Shown one piece after another: positions 61,693-64,000 of a stretch of DNA of 64,000 bases (its first letter is position 1; the number at the start of each line of letters is the position of its first letter). The notes beneath the pieces are model-generated. The model was not told the DNA's origin and ran no database searches. It saw only the letters and a program-made list of their open reading frames with translations. Position numbers and translations under genes: made by a program. The DNA is from Candidatus Obscuribacteraceae bacterium (GTDB lineage: Bacteria > Cyanobacteriota > Vampirovibrionia > Obscuribacterales > Obscuribacteraceae): NCBI GenBank assembly GCA_044226015.1, contig JBGAHS010000006.1:384001-448000 (forward strand), read 5' to 3'.

Positions 61693-62424
61693 CTAGTCAT
61701 TATTCTTCGAGCTTCTGTCTTGAGAAGAAGAAGCTGTAGCAGCCGCACCATCATTTCCACCAGAGTCTCTACCTGTTTCCTGCTGCGAAGGCTGGCTTGC
61801 AGTCTGGCTTGCAGACTGATCAGAACCTGTAGATGGAGGTGTCTTCGAGTCGCTTCCTTGATTGGTGCTCGCTCCTGCTCCACTATCACCCGAAGGAGTT
61901 GCTGGACTGGATGACTCAGATCCTGCGTTCTTAGTGTTATTAACATCTGAACCGGACTGCGAGCTCTCCTTCGCTTTGCTGTCCCCACTATTTTCGCTAT
62001 TTTGCGAAGACTTCGATGAATCAGCTTTATCATTCTGGGATTGGTTTGAGTCTTGTGTCTTACCCGACGAATCACTCTTTGCCTGATTTTCCTGCTTATC
62101 ACTACCAGGCTTCGGACTGTTATCGATAGATTCTTTCTGTTCTTTGTTTTCTGAATTCGGAGTATCCTTCTTATCATCGCTTCGTTTTTGCGCATTTGCA
62201 TCATTATTTTGCTTACTCAATGAATCCTGCAGTTGCAAATCAGGAAATCCGTGCTTTTTCATTTCAGCTTGCGAATCAGCATTCTTATCAGCATTGTTCT
62301 TACTAAATTGTTTTTCGCCACCTTTAGAATCTTGAAGAAGACGATCGTGGAGCTGTACGCCATCGGCTTTTGTGATATCTTTTTCCGCTGATTTGTTAAA
62401 GTCTTCGTGTCTAGAATTTTTCAT
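61693..62424 (-). CDS. Low-complexity S/D/N/Q/K-rich disordered protein
   Basis: Long ORF of biased composition; start uncertain (62424-62511). Confidence 0.65.
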   Translation of the reverse strand: MKNSRHEDFNKSAEKDITKADGVQLHDRLLQDSKGGEKQFSKNNADKNADSQAEMKKHGFPDLQLQDSLSKQNNDANAQKRSDDKKDTPNSENKEQKESIDNSPKPGSDKQENQAKSDSSGKTQDSNQSQNDKADSSKSSQNSENSGDSKAKESSQSGSDVNNTKNAGSESSSPATPSGDSGAGASTNQGSDSKTPPSTGSDQSASQTASQPSQQETGRDSGGNDGAAATASSSQDRSSKNND

Positions 62425-62554
62425 TTTTGAAGTCCCTTCCATTCCCATGCGAAGATAGTAATTTCCGCAGGTAAAAAAGTTGTGGAAGGTTTCCAGGCAG
62501 TTACTAGCCAAACAAAATTGCTGCTAAAAACAAAGGTACTTAATCCTTATCTGC

Positions 62555-63196
62555 CTATGGAGGAGGAGGAGGAGGAGGAGGAGCTGGAATATCCTCATCA
62601 GCACCATCAGCAGTAGCAGCATCTGCTTCTTTCTGCAGGTCATCTTCCTCTTGCTTTGCCAATGCGAGGTCTATATTGTCGTCACCTTTGTCTTCCGTGT
62701 CTGGTTCCAACAATGGGAAGGTGTAAGTCTGATTGAATACGAGGAGATCTGTGAACCCTACATTGCTCATGATGATAGGAGCAGGCAGTTTGGAGTTGAG
62801 AGTAGTTGATACTTTTACAAAAGGACCCTTATCCATCTGAGGTTTTCCATCATCGTCTGGAAATATCTCGTACTCGAATTTGTTCGAAGCCAAGTCTACT
62901 TTAGGATCACCAACAACTCCGCCAGATGCGGTAGCAAATTGTTTGCAAGCGATAATCGCAGCAGCCTTAGCGTCATCCGCATTTCCTTGCTGCGCCGCAG
63001 CACGACAGGCATCTCTACACGCGCTATCGTTGAGCCATGCGGCAAAAACGAGAACCCCAACATTAACCGAAATCAGGGCCATAGCTATTACGATGAATGA
63101 TATACCGACCAGCTCAAGTAGGGCAGTTCCACGACCCCTGTCAACTCTATTACGATGCTTTTTGCAAACCATACTTCTCTGGCTCCTAGTCTTCAT
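62555..63196 (-). CDS. TadE-like pseudopilin
   Basis: Prepilin motif RG-TALLE then TM, ACRDACRAAA; acidic/poly-Pro tail. Confidence 0.75.
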   Translation of the reverse strand: MKTRSQRSMVCKKHRNRVDRGRGTALLELVGISFIVIAMALISVNVGVLVFAAWLNDSACRDACRAAAQQGNADDAKAAAIIACKQFATASGGVVGDPKVDLASNKFEYEIFPDDDGKPQMDKGPFVKVSTTLNSKLPAPIIMSNVGFTDLLVFNQTYTFPLLEPDTEDKGDDNIDLALAKQEEDDLQKEADAATADGADEDIPAPPPPPPPP

Positions 63197-64000
63197 TGAT
63201 AAGCGCAAGCGTTCCATGAGATATTTGTTTCAAAACATCTTGCAAGGTCGGCAAATCAGGCGCCAGGTACATTTTGCTTCCGTTGCCACAGGCAGCCACC
63301 ATTCCTCGCAGAGTGCCAGGTCCTGATTTCTTTGCCGCAGCAGTTTGGAAAAATCCAATAGCGAAAAGACGAATTCCCTTTTCACCAGCTTCTTTGGCTT
63401 CTGGTTTTGGACTACCCGAGGTTGGTACCCCGTCCGTCAGCAAGATGATTGTCTTTTGACACTCCGGGCGGTGTGCTGGTCCCTCTAACATGTCGATGGC
63501 GCGGCGCATTCCTTCTTTTGTGTCTGTGCCATTGAAAGTGAGGCAGGGAGCGAAAGAGTCGACCACAAGCTGTCTTTTGCTCAAACCTTTGTCCAGATTA
63601 ACATGAGGATATCTATGTCCAGAAAAAGTCGAGAAGTCATCTTTGAGGTCAGACCCGTCGGAAGCTCTGCCTCCAAAAGTGATTAGTCCTAAATGAGCTT
63701 CCTCGGCACCATTTAATTGTGCAACGAAATCTTCTAAGGCTTGCTTTTCATCAGCAAGAGGTTGAACCTCTTTCATAGCCAATTTTTGATAGGCAGCTCT
63801 GAAACCTGGTTGAGGAGTCACAACGCCATTTGCAGCACCAAGATTTGCATGGCTAGAGGTGAAGACTGCATTGCTTTCAAGATTTCCTCGTTTGGCTTCC
63901 ACAAGAGCAGCCACTTGTACATCGTATGGCTGACTTGCAATCGGAGCAAAAAGAGGAGACTGGTTCCATTGAGCCCGGTTAGGATTCGGTATAGCAGGGT
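63186..64000 (-). CDS. vWA-domain protein (TadG-like), 5' end outside the window
   Basis: LGLITF, GTDT, IILLTDGVP, LFAIGF; upstream of tadE-like gene. Confidence 0.8.
   Translation of the reverse strand, partial: PAIPNPNRAQWNQSPLFAPIASQPYDVQVAALVEAKRGNLESNAVFTSSHANLGAANGVVTPQPGFRAAYQKLAMKEVQPLADEKQALEDFVAQLNGAEEAHLGLITFGGRASDGSDLKDDFSTFSGHRYPHVNLDKGLSKRQLVVDSFAPCLTFNGTDTKEGMRRAIDMLEGPAHRPECQKTIILLTDGVPTSGSPKPEAKEAGEKGIRLFAIGFFQTAAAKKSGPGTLRGMVAACGNGSKMYLAPDLPTLQDVLKQISHGTLALINED

Noticed and set aside
61680..62204. 174-aa Arg/Ile-rich ORF
   Set aside because: Alternative frame of the low-complexity gene 61693-62424.

Overview
Bacterial chromosomal window. The gene content (Tad pili, many LRR/HEAT/TPR proteins, kinase-TPR proteins, signal-less low-complexity proteins) is suggestive of Vampirovibrionia/Obscuribacterales, which is inference only. 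From left to right: (1) tadA-tadB-tadC, a REP-like palindrome and tRNA-Asn(GTT). (2) A complete ~10.1 kb element integrated in that tRNA between 43-bp att repeats (3867-3909 and 13900-13942). It resembles a phage satellite: P4-type tyrosine integrase, three AlpA/Xis-like HTH genes, primase, helicase, a TerS-like HTH, a GNAT cargo gene and an unusual coupled operon of two short serine recombinases around a small ORF. (3) Two copies of an IS110 element flanking an LRR-TPR gene. Their left ends carry a readable bridge-RNA-like structure whose predicted guides match both the element junction and the two real insertion sites. (4) Accessory and housekeeping genes: ADP-ribosylglycohydrolase, proteases, a surface-polysaccharide cluster, PiT, arylsulfatase, Ser/Thr kinase, cysQ-like, rnd, gnd, an AAC(3)-family acetyltransferase, a DEAD-box helicase and GH15. 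(5) Part of a second Tad locus (TadE-like, vWA) at the right edge. No CRISPR array or rRNA was seen. All calls are from reading motifs by eye; no database searches were run.
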